Shown: in pieces, positions 46,101-61,100 of the stretch
Layout: every line of letters starts with the position of its first letter
How positions within the stretch are numbered: the first letter of the stretch is position 1
NCBI RefSeq assembly: GCF_009914755.1
Contig: NC_060937.1
Origin: the human T2T-CHM13v2.0 reference genome, Homo sapiens
Direction: 5' to 3' (one strand)
Length of the DNA: 64,000 nucleotides
The notes under the pieces: model-generated
The model's input: only the letters and a program-made list of their open reading frames with translations
What the model was told of the DNA's origin: nothing
Database searches by the model: none
Program-made: the position numbers and the translations under genes

Positions 46101-49100
46101 TACATCAAATATAGATTATATACTGTACATATAATATCAATGTACCCCAAATATATATTTTATACTCTACATGAAATATCAAAGTTCACAAACCATATAT
46201 TATATACTGTACATAAAATATCAAAGTACCCAAGGTATATATTCTATACTGTAGAAAAAATATCAAAGTACCCAAAGCATGTATTATATACTGTACATAA
46301 AATATGAAAGTACATCAAATATATATTTTATTCTTTACATAATATATCAAAGTACACCAGATATATATTCTATAGTGTACATAAAATATCAAAGTACCCA
46401 AACTATACATTATATACTGTTCATAAAATATGAAATTACATCAAATATATATTATATTAGGTACATAAAATATGAAAGCACATCAAATATAGATTATATA
46501 CTGTACATTAAATACCAAAGTACCCCAAATATATATTTTATACTGTACATCAAGTATCAAAGTTCACAAACTATATATTATATACTGTACATCAAATATC
46601 AAAGTACACAAGGTATATATTCTATACTGTACAAAAAATATCAAAGTACCCAAAGCATGTATTATATACTGTACATAAAATATGAAATTACATCAATTAT
46701 ATATTTTATTCTGTACATAAAATATCAAAGTACACCAGATATATATTCTATAGTGTACATAAAATATCAAAGTACCCAAACTATACATTATATACTGTAC
46801 ATAAAATATGAAATTACATCAAATTTATATTAAGTACATATAATATGAAAGTACATCAAATATAGATTATATACTGTACATAAAATATCAAAGTACCCCA
46901 AATATATATTATATACTGTACATGAAATATCAAAGTTCATAAACTATATATTATATACTGTACATAAAATATCCAAGTACCCAAGGTATATATTCTATAC
47001 TGTACAAAAAATATCAAAGTACCCAAAGCATGTATTATATACTGTACATAAAATATGAAAGTACATCAAATATATATTTTATTCTGTACATAAAATATCA
47101 AAGTACACCAGATATATATTCTATAGTGTACATAAAATAACAAAGTACAAAAACTATAAATTATATACTGTACATAAAATATGAAATTACATCAAATATA
47201 TATTAGGTACATAAAATATAAACGTACATCAAATATAGATTATATACTGTACATAAAATATCAATGTACCCCAAATATATATTTTATACTATACATGAAG
47301 TATCAAAGTTCACAAACTATATATTATATACTGTACATAAAATATCAAAGTACCCAAGGTATATATTCTATACTATACAAAAAATATCAAAGTACCCAAA
47401 GCATGTATTATATACTGTACATAAAATATGAAAGTACATCAAATATATATTGTACTCTGTACATAAAATATCAAAGTACACCAGATATATATTCTATAGT
47501 GTACATAAAATATAAAAGTACCCAAACTATACATTATATACTGTACATAAAATATGAAATTACATCAAATATATATTATATTAGGTACATAATATATGAA
47601 AGTACTTCAAATATAGATTATATACTGTACATAAAATATCAAAGTACCCCAAATATATATTATATACTCTACATGAAATATCAAAGTTCACAAACTATAT
47701 ATTATATACTGTACATAAAATATCAAAGTACCCAAGGTATATATTCTATACTGTACAAAAAATATCAAAGTATCCAAAGCATGTATTATATATTGTATAT
47801 AAAATATGAAAGTACATTAAATATATATTTTATTCTGTACATAAAATATAAAAGTACACCAGATATATATTCTATAGTGCACATAAAATAACAAAGTACA
47901 CAAACTAGAAATTATATACTGTACATAAAATATGAAATTACATCAAATATATACTAGGTACATAAAATATGAAAGTACATCAAATATAGATTATATACTG
48001 TACATATAATATCAATGTACCCCAAATATATATTTTATAATCTACATGAAATATCAAAGTTCACAAACCATACATTATATACTGTACATAAAATATCAAA
48101 GTACCCAAGGTATATATTCTATACTGTACAAAAAATATCAAAGTACCCAAAGCATGTATTATATACTGTACATAAAATATGAAAGTACATCAAATATATA
48201 TTTTATTCTGTACATAAAATATCAAACTACACCAGATATATATTCTATAGTGTACATAAAATATCAAAGTACCCAAACTATAAATTATATACTGTACATA
48301 AAATATGAAATTACATCAAATATATATTAGGTACATAAAATATGAAACTACATCAAATATAGATTATATACTGTACATAAAATATCAAAGTACCCCAAAT
48401 ATATATTATATACTCTACATGAAATATCAAAGTTCACAAACTATATATTATATACTGTACATAAAATATCAAAATACCCAAGGTATATATTCTATACTGT
48501 ACAAAAAATATCAAAGTACCCAAAGCATGTATTATATACTGTACATAAAATATGAAAGTACATCAAATGTATATTTTATTCTTTACATAAAATATCAAAG
48601 TACACCAGATATATATTCTATAGTGTACATAAAATAACAAAGTACAAAAACTATAAATTATATACTGTACATAAAATATGAAATTACATCAAATATATAT
48701 TAGGTACATAAAATATGAAAGTACATCAAATATAGATTATATACTGTACATAAAATATCAATGTACCCCAAATATATATTTTATACTCTACATGAAATAT
48801 CAAAGTTCACAAACCATATATTATATATTGTACATAAAATATCAAAGTACCCAAGGTATATATTCTATACTGTACAAAAAATATCAAAGTACCCAAAGCA
48901 TGTATTATATACTGTACATAAAATACGAAAGTACATCAAATATATATTTTATTCTGTACATAAAATATCAAAGTACACCAGATATATATTCTATAGTGTA
49001 CATAAAATAACAAAGTACACAAACTATAAATTATATACTGTACATAAAATATGAAATTACATCAAATACATATTAGGTACATAAAATATGAAAGTACATC

Positions 49101-52100
49101 AAATATAGATTATATACTGTACATATAATATCAATGTACCACAAATATATATTTTATACTCTACATGAAATATCAAAGTTCACAAACTATATATTATATA
49201 CTGTACATAAAATATGAAAGTACCCAAGGTATATATTCTATACTGTACAAAAAATATCAAAGTACCCAAAGCATGTATTATATACTGTACATAAAATATG
49301 AAAGTACATCAAGTATATATTTTATTCTGTACATAACATATCAAAGTACACCAGATATATATTCTATAGTGTACATAAAATATCAAAGTACCCAAACTAT
49401 ACATTATATACTGTACATAAAATATGAAATTACATCAAATATATTTTATATTAGGTACATAAAATATGAAAGTACATCAAATATAGATTATATACTGTAC
49501 TTTAAATACCAAGGTACCTCAAATATATATTTTATACTGTACTTGAAATATCAAAGTTCACAAACTATATATTATATACTGTACATATAATATCAAAGTA
49601 CCGGAGGTATATATTCTATACTGTACAAAAAATAACAAAGTACCAAAAGCATGTATTACATACTGCACCTAAAATATGAAAGTTCATCCAATATATACTT
49701 TATTCTGTACATAAAATATCAAAGTAAACCAGATATATATTCTATAGTGTACATAAAATATCAAAGTACCCAAACTATACATTATATACTTTACATAAAA
49801 TATGAAATTACATCAAATATATATTAGGTACATAAAATATGAAAGTACATCAAATATAGATTATATACTGTACATAAAATATCAAAGTACCCCAAATATA
49901 TATTATATACTGTATATGAAATATCAAAGTTCACAAACTATATATTATATACTGTACATAAAATATCAAAGTACCCAAGGTATATATTCTATACTGTACA
50001 AAAAATATCAAAGTACCCAAAGCATGTATTATATACTGTACATAAAATATGAAAGTACATCAAATATATATTTTATTCTGTACATAATATATCAAAGTAC
50101 ACCAGATATATATTCTATAGTGTACATAAATATCAAAGTACCCAAACTATACATTATATACTGTACATAAAATATGAAATTACATCAAATATATATTATA
50201 TTAGGTACATAAAATATGAAAGTACATCAAATATAGATTATATACCGTACATTAAAACCAAAGTACCCCAAATATATATTTTATACTGTACATGAAATAT
50301 CAAAGTTCACAAACTATATATTATATACTGTACATAAAATATCAAAGTACCCAAGGTATATATTCTATACTGTACAAAAAATATCAAAGTACCCAAAGCA
50401 TGTATTATATACTGTACATAAAATATGAAAGTACATCAAATATATATTTTATTCTGTACATAAAATATCAAAGTACACCAGATATATATTCTATAGTGTA
50501 CATGAAATATCAAAATACAAACTATACATTATATACTGTAAATAAAATATGAAATTACATCAAATATATTTTATATTAGGTACATAAAATATGAAAGTAC
50601 ATCAAATATAGATTATATACTGTACATTAAATACCAAAGTACCCCAAATATATATTTTATACTGTACATCAAATATCAAAGTTCACAAACTATATATTAT
50701 ATACTGTACATAAAATATCAAAGTACCCAAGGTATATATTCTATACTGTACAAAAAATATCAAAGTACCCAAAGCATGTATTATATACTGTACATAAAAT
50801 ATGAAAGTACATCAAATATATATTTTATTCTGTACATAAAACATCAAACTACACCAGATATATATTCTATAGTGTACATAAAATATAAAAGTACCCAAAC
50901 TATACATTATATACTGTACATAAAATATGAAATTACATCAAATATATATTATATTAGGTACATAAAATATGAAAGTACATCAAATATAGATTATATACTG
51001 TACATAAAATATCAAAGTACCCCAAATATATATTATATACTCTACATGAAATATCAAAGTTCACAAACTATATATTATATACTGTACATAAAATATCAAA
51101 GTACCCAAGGTATATATTCTATACTGTACAAAAAATATCAAAGTATCCAAAGCATGTATTATATACTGTATATAAAATATGAAAGTACATTATATATATA
51201 TTTTATTCTGTACATAAAACATCAAATTACACCAGATATATATTCTATAGTGTACATAAAATAACAAAGTACACAAACTATAAATTATATACTGTACATA
51301 AAATATGAAATTACATCAAATATATATTAGGTACATAAAATATGAAAGTAAATCAAATATAGATTATATACTGTACATAAAATAACCATGTACCCCAAAT
51401 ATATATTTTATACTCTACATGGAATATCAAAGATCACAAACCATATATTATATACTGTACATAAAATATCAAAGTACCCAAGGTATATATTCTATACTGT
51501 AAAAAAAATATCAAAGTACCGAAAGCATGTATTATATACTGTACTTCAAATATGAAAGTACATCAAATATATATTTTATTCTGTACATAAAATATCAAAG
51601 TACACCAGATATATATTCTATAGTGTACATAAAATATCAAAGTACCCAAACTATACATTATATACTGTACATAAAATATGAAATTACATCAAATATATTT
51701 TATATTAGGTACATAAAGTATGAAAGTACATCAAATATAGGTTATACACTGTACATTAAATACCAAAGTACCCCAAATATATATTTTATACTGTACATGA
51801 AATATCAAAGTTCACAAACTATATATTATATACTGTACATATAATATCAAAGTACCCAAGGTATATATTCTATACTGTACAAAAAATAACAAAGTACCAA
51901 AAGCATGTATAATATACTGTACATAAAATATGAAAGTACATCAAATATATATTTTATTCTGTACATAAAATATCAAAGTACACCAGATATATATTCTATA
52001 GTGTACATAAAATATCAAAGTACCCAAACTATACATTATATACTGTAAATAAAATATGAAATTACATCAAATATATTTTATATTAGGTACATAAAATATG

Positions 52101-55100
52101 AAAGTACATCAAATATACATTATATACTGTACATTAAATACCAAAGTATCCCAAATATATATTTTATACTGCACATGAAATATCAAAGTTCACAAACTAT
52201 ATATTATATACTGTACATAAATTATCAAAGTACCCAAGGTATATATTCTATACTGTACAAAAAATATCAAAGTACCCAAAGCATGTATTATATACTGTAC
52301 ATAAAATATGAAAGTACATCAAATATATATTTTATTCTGTACATAAAACATCAAACTACACCAGATATATATTCTATAGTGTACATAAAATATAAAAGTA
52401 CCCAAACTATACATTATATACTGTACATAAAATATGAAATTATATCAAATATATATTATATTAGGTACATAATATATGAAAGTACATCAAATATAGATAT
52501 ATACTGTACATAAAATATCAAAGTACCCCAAATATATATTATATACTCTACATGAAATATCAAAGTTCACAAGCTATATATTATATACTGTACATAAAAT
52601 ATCAAAGTACCCAAGTTATATATTCTATACTGCACAAAAAATATCAAAGTACCCAAAGCATGTATTATATACTGTACATAAAATATGAAAGTACATCAAA
52701 TATATATTTTATTCTGTACATAAAATATCAAAGTACACCAGATATATAATCTATAGTGTACATAAAATATCAAATTACCCAAACTATACATTATATACTG
52801 TACATAAAATATGAAATTACATCAAATATATATTATATTAGGTACATAAAATATGAAAGTACATCAAATATAGATTATATACTGTACATTAAATACCAAA
52901 GTACCCCAAATATATATTTTATACTGTACATGAAATATCAAAGTTCACAAACTATATATTATATACTGTACATATTATATCAAAGTACCCGAGGTATATA
53001 TTCTATACTGTACAAAAAATATCAAAGTACCAAAAGCTTGTATTTTATACTGTACCTAAAATATGAAAGTACATCAAATATATATTTTATTCTGTACATA
53101 AAATATAAAAGTACACCAGATATATATTCTATAGTGTACACAAAATATCACAGTACCCAAACTATACATTATATACTGTACATAAAATATGAAATTACAT
53201 CAAATATATATTAGGTACATAAAATATGAAAGTACATCAAATATAGATTATATACTGTACATAAAATATCAAAGTACCCCAAATATATATTATATACTCT
53301 ACATGAAATATCAAAGTTCACAAACTATATATTATGTACTGTACATAAAATATCAAAGTACCCAAGGTATATATTCTATACTGTGCAAAAAATATCAAAG
53401 TACCCAAAGCATGTATTATATACGGTATATAAAATATGAAAGTACATCAAATATATATTTTATTCTGTACATAAAATATCAAAGTACACCAGATATATAT
53501 TCTATAGTGTACATAAAATAACAAAGTACAAAAACTATAAATTATATACTGTACATAAAATATGAAATTACATCAAATATATATTAAGTACATAAAATAT
53601 GAAAGTACATCAAATATAGATTATATACTGTACATAAAATATCAATGTACCCCAAATATATATTTTATACTCTACATGAAATATCAAAGTTCACAAACCA
53701 TATATTATATACTGTACATAAAATATCAAAGTACCCAAGGTATATATTCTATACTATACAAAAAATATCAAAGTACCCAAAACATGTATTATATACTGTA
53801 CATAAAATATGAAAGTACATCAAATATATATTTTATTCTGTACATAAAATATCAAAGTACACCAGATATATATTCTATAGTGTACATAAAATATCAAAGT
53901 ACCCAAACTATACATTATATGCTATACATAAAATATGAGATTACGTCAAATATATATTATATTAGGTACATAAAATATGAAAGTACATCAAATATAGATT
54001 ATATACTGTACATAAAATATCAAAGTACTCCAAATATATATTATATACTCTACATGAAATATCAAAGTTCACAAACTATATATTATATACTGTACATAAA
54101 ATATCAAAGTACCCAAGGTATATATTCTATACTGTACAAAAAATATCAAAGTACCCAAAGCATGTATTATATACTGTATATAAAATATGAAAGTACTTTA
54201 AATATATATTTTATTCTGTACATAAAATATCAAAGTACACCAGATATATATTCTATAGTGTACATAAAATTACAAAGTACACAAACTATAAATTATATAC
54301 TGTACATAAAATATGAAATTACATCAAATATATATTAGGTACATAAAATATGAAAGTACATCAAATATAGATTATATACTGTACATATAATATCAATGTA
54401 CCCCAAATATATATTTTATACTCTACATGAAATATCAAAGTTCACAAACCATACATTATATACTGTACATAAAATATCAAAGTACCCAATATATATATTC
54501 TATACTGTACAAAACATATCAAAGTACCCAAAGCATGTATTATATACTGTACATAAAATATGAAAGTACATCAAATATATATTTTATTCTGTACATAAAA
54601 TATCAAAGTACACCAGATATATATTCTATAGTGTACATAAAATAACAAAGTACACAAACTATAAATTATATACTGTACATAAAATATGAAATTACATCAA
54701 ATATATATTAGGTACATAAAATATGAAAGTACATCAAATATAGATTATATACTTTACATTAAATACCAAAGTACCCCAAATATATATTTTATACTGTACA
54801 GGAAATATCAAAGTTCACAAACTATATATTATATACTGTACATATAATATCAAAGTACCCAAGGTATATATTCTATACTGTACAAAAAATAACAAAGTAC
54901 CAAAAGCATGTATTATATAGTGTACCTAAAATATGAAAGTACATCAAATATATATTTTATTCTGTACATAAAATATCAAAGTACACCAGATATATAGTAT
55001 ATAGTGTACATAAAATATCAAAGTACCCAAACTATACATTATATACTGTACATAAAATATGAAATTACATCAAATATATATTATATTAGGTACATAAAAT

Positions 55101-58100
55101 ATGAAAGTACATCAAATATAGATTATATACTGTACATTAAATACCAAAGAACCCCAAATATATATTTTATACTGTACATGAAATATCAAAGTTCACAAAC
55201 TATATATTATATACTGTACATATAATATCAAAGTACCCAAAGTATATATTCTATACTGTACAAAAAATATCAAAGTACCAAAAGCATGTATTATATACTG
55301 TACATAAAATATGAAAGTACATCAAATATATATTTTATTCTGTACATAAAATATCAAAGTACACCAGATATATTTTCTATAGTGTACATAAAATATCAAA
55401 GTACCCAAACTATACATTATATACTGTAAATAAAATATGAAATTACATCAAATATATTTTATATTAGGTACATAAAATATGAAAGTACATCAAATATAGA
55501 TTATATACTGTACATTAAATACCAAAGTACCCCAAATATATATTTTATACTGTACATGAAATATCAAAGTTCACAAACTATATATTATATACTGTATATA
55601 AAATATCAAAGTACCCAAGGTATATATTCTATACTGTACAAAAAATATCAAAGTTCCCAAAGCATGTATTATATGCTGTACATTAAATATGAAAGTACAT
55701 CAAATATATATTTTATTCTGTACAAAATATATCAAAGTACACCAGATATATATTCTATAGAGTACATAAAATATCAAAGTACCCAAACTATACATTATAT
55801 ACTGTACATAAAATATGAGATTACATCAAATATATATTATGTTAGGTACATAAAATATGAAAGTACATCAAATATAGATTATATACTGTAGATAAAATAT
55901 CAAAGTACCCCAAATATATATTATATACTCTACATGAAATATCAAAGTTCACAAACTATATATTATATACTGTACATAAAATATCAAAGTACCCAAGGTA
56001 TATATTCTATACTGTACAAAAAATATCAAAGTACCCAAAGCATGTATTATATACTGTATATAAAATATGAAAGTACATCAAATAGATATTTTATTCTGTA
56101 CATAAAATATCAAAGTACACCAGATATATATTCTATAGTGTACATAAAATAACAAAGTACACAAACTATAAATTATATACTGTACATAAAATATGAAATT
56201 TCATCAAATATATATTAGGTACATAAAATATGAAAGTACATCAAATATAGATTATATACTGTACATATAATATCAATGTACCCCAAATATATATTTTATA
56301 CTCTACATGAAATATCAAAGTTCACAAACCATACATTATATACTGTACATAAAATATCAAAGTACCAAAGGTATATATTCTATACTGTACAAAAAATATC
56401 AAAGTACCCAAAGCATGTATTATATACTGTACATAAAATATGAAAGTACATCAAATATATATTTTATTCTGTACATAAAATATCAAAGTACACCAGATAT
56501 ATATTGTATAGTGTACATAAAATATCAAAGTACCCAAACTATACATTATATACTGTACATAAAATATGAAATTACATCAAATATATATTAGGTACATAAA
56601 ATATGAAAGTACATCAAATATAGATCATATACTGTACATAAAATATCAAAGTACCCCAAATATATATTATATACTCTACATGAAATATCAAAGTTCACAA
56701 ACTATATATTATATACTGTACATAAAATATCAAAGTACCCAAGGTATATATTCTATACTGTACAAAAAATATCAAAGTACCCAAAGCATGTATTATATAC
56801 TGTACATAAAATATGAAAGTACATCAAATATATATTTTATTCTGTACATAAAATATCAAAGTACACCAGATATATATTCTATAGTGTACATAAAATAACA
56901 AAGTACACAAACTATACATTATATACTGTACATAAAATATGAAATTACATCAAATATATATTAGGTACATAAAATATGAAAGTACATCAAATATAGATTA
57001 TATACTGTACATAAAATATCAAAGTACCCCAAATATATATAATATACTCTACATGAAATATCAAAGTTCACAAACTATATATTATATACTGTACATAAAA
57101 TATCAAAGTACCCAAGGTATATATTCTATACTGTAGAAAAAATATCAAAGTACCCAAAGCATGTATTATATACTGTATATAAAATATGAAAGTACATCAA
57201 ATATATATTTTATTCTGTACATAAAATATCAAAGTACACCAGATATATATTCTATAGTGTACATAAAATAACAAAGTACACAAACTATAAATTATATACT
57301 GTACATAAAATATGAAATTACATCAAATATATATTAGGTACATAAAATATGAAAGTACATCAAATATAGATTATATACTGTACATATAATATCAGTGTAC
57401 CCGAAATATATATTTTATACTCTACATGAAATATCAAAGTTCACAAACCATATATGATATACTGTACATAAAATATCAAAGTACCCAAGGTATATATTCT
57501 ATACTGTACAAAAAATATCAAAGTACCCAAAGCATGTATTATATACTGTACATAAAATATGAAATTACATCAAATATATATTTTATTCTGTACATAAAAT
57601 ATCAAAGTACACCAGATATATATTCTATAGTGTACATAAAATATCAAAGTACCCAAACTATACATTATATACTGTACATAAAATATGAAATTACATCAAA
57701 TATATATTATATTAGGTACATAAAATATGAAAGTACATCAAATATAGATTATATACTGTACATTAAATACCAAAGTACCCCAAATATATATTTTATACTG
57801 TACATGAAATATCAAAGTTCACACACTATATATTATATACTGTACATAAAATATCAAAGTACCCAACTTATATATTCTATACTGTACAAAAAACATCAAA
57901 GTACCCAAAGCATGTATTATATACTGTACATAAAATATGAAAGTACATCAAATATATATTTTATTCTGTACATAATATATCAAAGTACACCAGATATATA
58001 TTCTATAGTGTACATAAAATAACAAAGTACAAAAACTATAAATTATATACTGTACATAAAATATGAAATTACATCAAATACATATTAGGTACATAAAATA

Positions 58101-61100
58101 TGAAAGTACATCAAATATAGATTATATGCTGTACATAAAATATCAATGTACCCCAAATATATATTTTATACTCTACATGAAATATCAAAGTTCACAAACC
58201 ATACATTATATAGTGTACATAAAATATCAAAGTACCCAAGGTATATATTCTATACTATACAAAAAATATCAAAGTACCCAAAGCATGTATTATATACTGT
58301 ACATAAAATATGAAAGTACATCAAATATATATTTTATTCTGTACATAAAATATCAAAGTACACCAGATATATATTCTATAGTGTACATAAAATATCAAAA
58401 TACCCAAACTATACATTATATACTGTACATAAAATATGAGATTACATCAAATATATATTATATTAGGTACATAAAATATGAAAGTACATCAAATATAGAT
58501 TATATACTGTACATAAAATATCAAAGTACCCCAAATATATATTATATACTCTACATGAAATATCAAAGTTCACAAACTATATATTATATACTGTACATAA
58601 AATATCAAAGTACCCAAGGTATATATTCTATAATGTAGAAAAAATATCAAAGTACCCAAAGCGTGTATTTTATACTGTATATAAAATATGAAATTACATC
58701 AAATATATATTATATTCTGTACATAAAATATCAAAGTACACCAGATATATATTCTATATTGTACATAAAATATCAAAGTACCCAAACTATACATTATATA
58801 CTGTACATAAAATATGAAATTACATCAAATATATATTATATTAGGTACATAAAATATGAAAGTACATCAAATAAAGATTATATACTGTACATAAAATATC
58901 AAAGTACCCCAAATATATATTATATACTCTACATGAAATATCAAAGTTCACAAACTATATATTATATACTGTACATAAAATATCAAAGTACCCAAGGTAT
59001 ATATTCTATACTGCACAAAAAATATCAAAGTACCCAAAGCATGTATTATATACTGTACATAAAATATGAAAGTACATCAAATATATATTTTATTCTGTAC
59101 ATAAAATATCAAAGTAAACCAGATATATATTCCACAGTGTACATAAAATAACAAAGTACACAAACTATAAATTATATACTGTACATAAAATATGAAATTA
59201 CATCAAATATATACTAGGTACATAAAATATGAAAGTACATCAAATATAGATTATATACTGTACATAAAATATCAATGTACCCCAAATATATATTTTATAC
59301 TCTACATGAAATATCAAAGTTCACAAACCATATATTATATACTGTACATAAAATATCAAAGTACCCAAGGTATATATTCTATACTGTACAAAAAATATCA
59401 AAGTACACAAAGCATGTATTATATACTGTACATAAAATATGAAAGTACATCAAATATATATTTTATTCTGTACAAAAAAATCAAAGTGCACCAGACATAT
59501 ATTCTATAGTGTACATAAAATATCAAAGTACCCAAACTATACATTATATACTGTACATAAAATATGAAATTACATCAAATATATTTTATATTAGGTACAT
59601 AAAATATGAAAGTACATCAAATATAGATTATATACTGTACATTAAATACCAAAGTACCCCAAATATATATTTTATACTGTACATGAAATATCAAAGTTCA
59701 CAAACTATATATTATATACTGTACATATAATATCAAAGTACCCGAGGTATATATTCTATACTGTACAAAAAATATCAAAGTACCAAAAGCATGTATTATA
59801 TACTGTACCTTAAATATGAAAGTACATCAAATATATATTTTATTCTGTACATAAAATATCAAAGTACACCAGATATATATTCTATAGTGTACATAAAATA
59901 TCAAAGTACCCAAACTATACATTATATACTGTACATAAAATATGAAATTACATCAAATATATATTAGGTACATAAAATATGAAAGTACATCAAATATAGA
60001 TTATATACTGTACATAAAATATCAAAGTACCCCAAATATATATTATATACTATACATGAAATATCAAAGTTCACAAACTATATATTATATACTGTACATA
60101 AAATATCAAAGTACCCAAGGTATATATTCTATACTGTAGAAAAAATATCAAAGTACCCATAGCATGTATTATATACTGTACATAAAATATGAGACTACAT
60201 CAAATATATATTTTATTCTGTACATAAAATATCAAAGTACACCAGATATATATTCTATAGTGTACATAAAATATCAAAGTACCCAAACTATTTATTATAT
60301 ACTGTACATAAAATATGAAATTACATCAAATATATATTATATTAGGTACATAAAATATGAAAGTACATCAAATATAGATTATACACACTACATAAAATAT
60401 CAAAGTACCCCAAATATATATTATATACTCTACATGAAATATCAAAGTTTGTAAACTATATATTATATACTGTACATAAAATAAAGTCCCCAAGGTATAT
60501 ATTCTATACTGTAGATAAAATACCAAAGTACCCAAAGCATGTATTATGTACTGTATATAAAATATGGAAGTACATCAAATATATATTTTATTCTGTACAT
60601 AAAATATCAAAGTACACCAGATATATATTCTATAGTGTACATAAAATAACAAAGTACAAAAACTATAAATTATATACTATACATAAAATATGAAATTACA
60701 TCAAATATATATTAGGTACATAAAATATGAAAGTACATCAAATATAGATTATATACTGTACATAAAATTTCAATGTACCCCAAATATATATTTTATACTC
60801 TACATGAAATATCAAAGTTCACAAACTATATATTATATACTGTACATAAAATATCAAAGTACCCAAGGAATATATTCTATACTATACAAAAAATATCAAA
60901 GTACCAAAGCATGTATTATATACTGTACCTAAAATATGAAAGTACATCAAATATATATTTTATTCTGTACATAAAATATCAAAGTACACCAGATATATAT
61001 TCTATAGTGTACATAAAATATCAAAGTACCCAAACTATACATTATATACTGTCCATAAAATATGAAATTACATCAAATATATTTTATATTAGGTACATAA

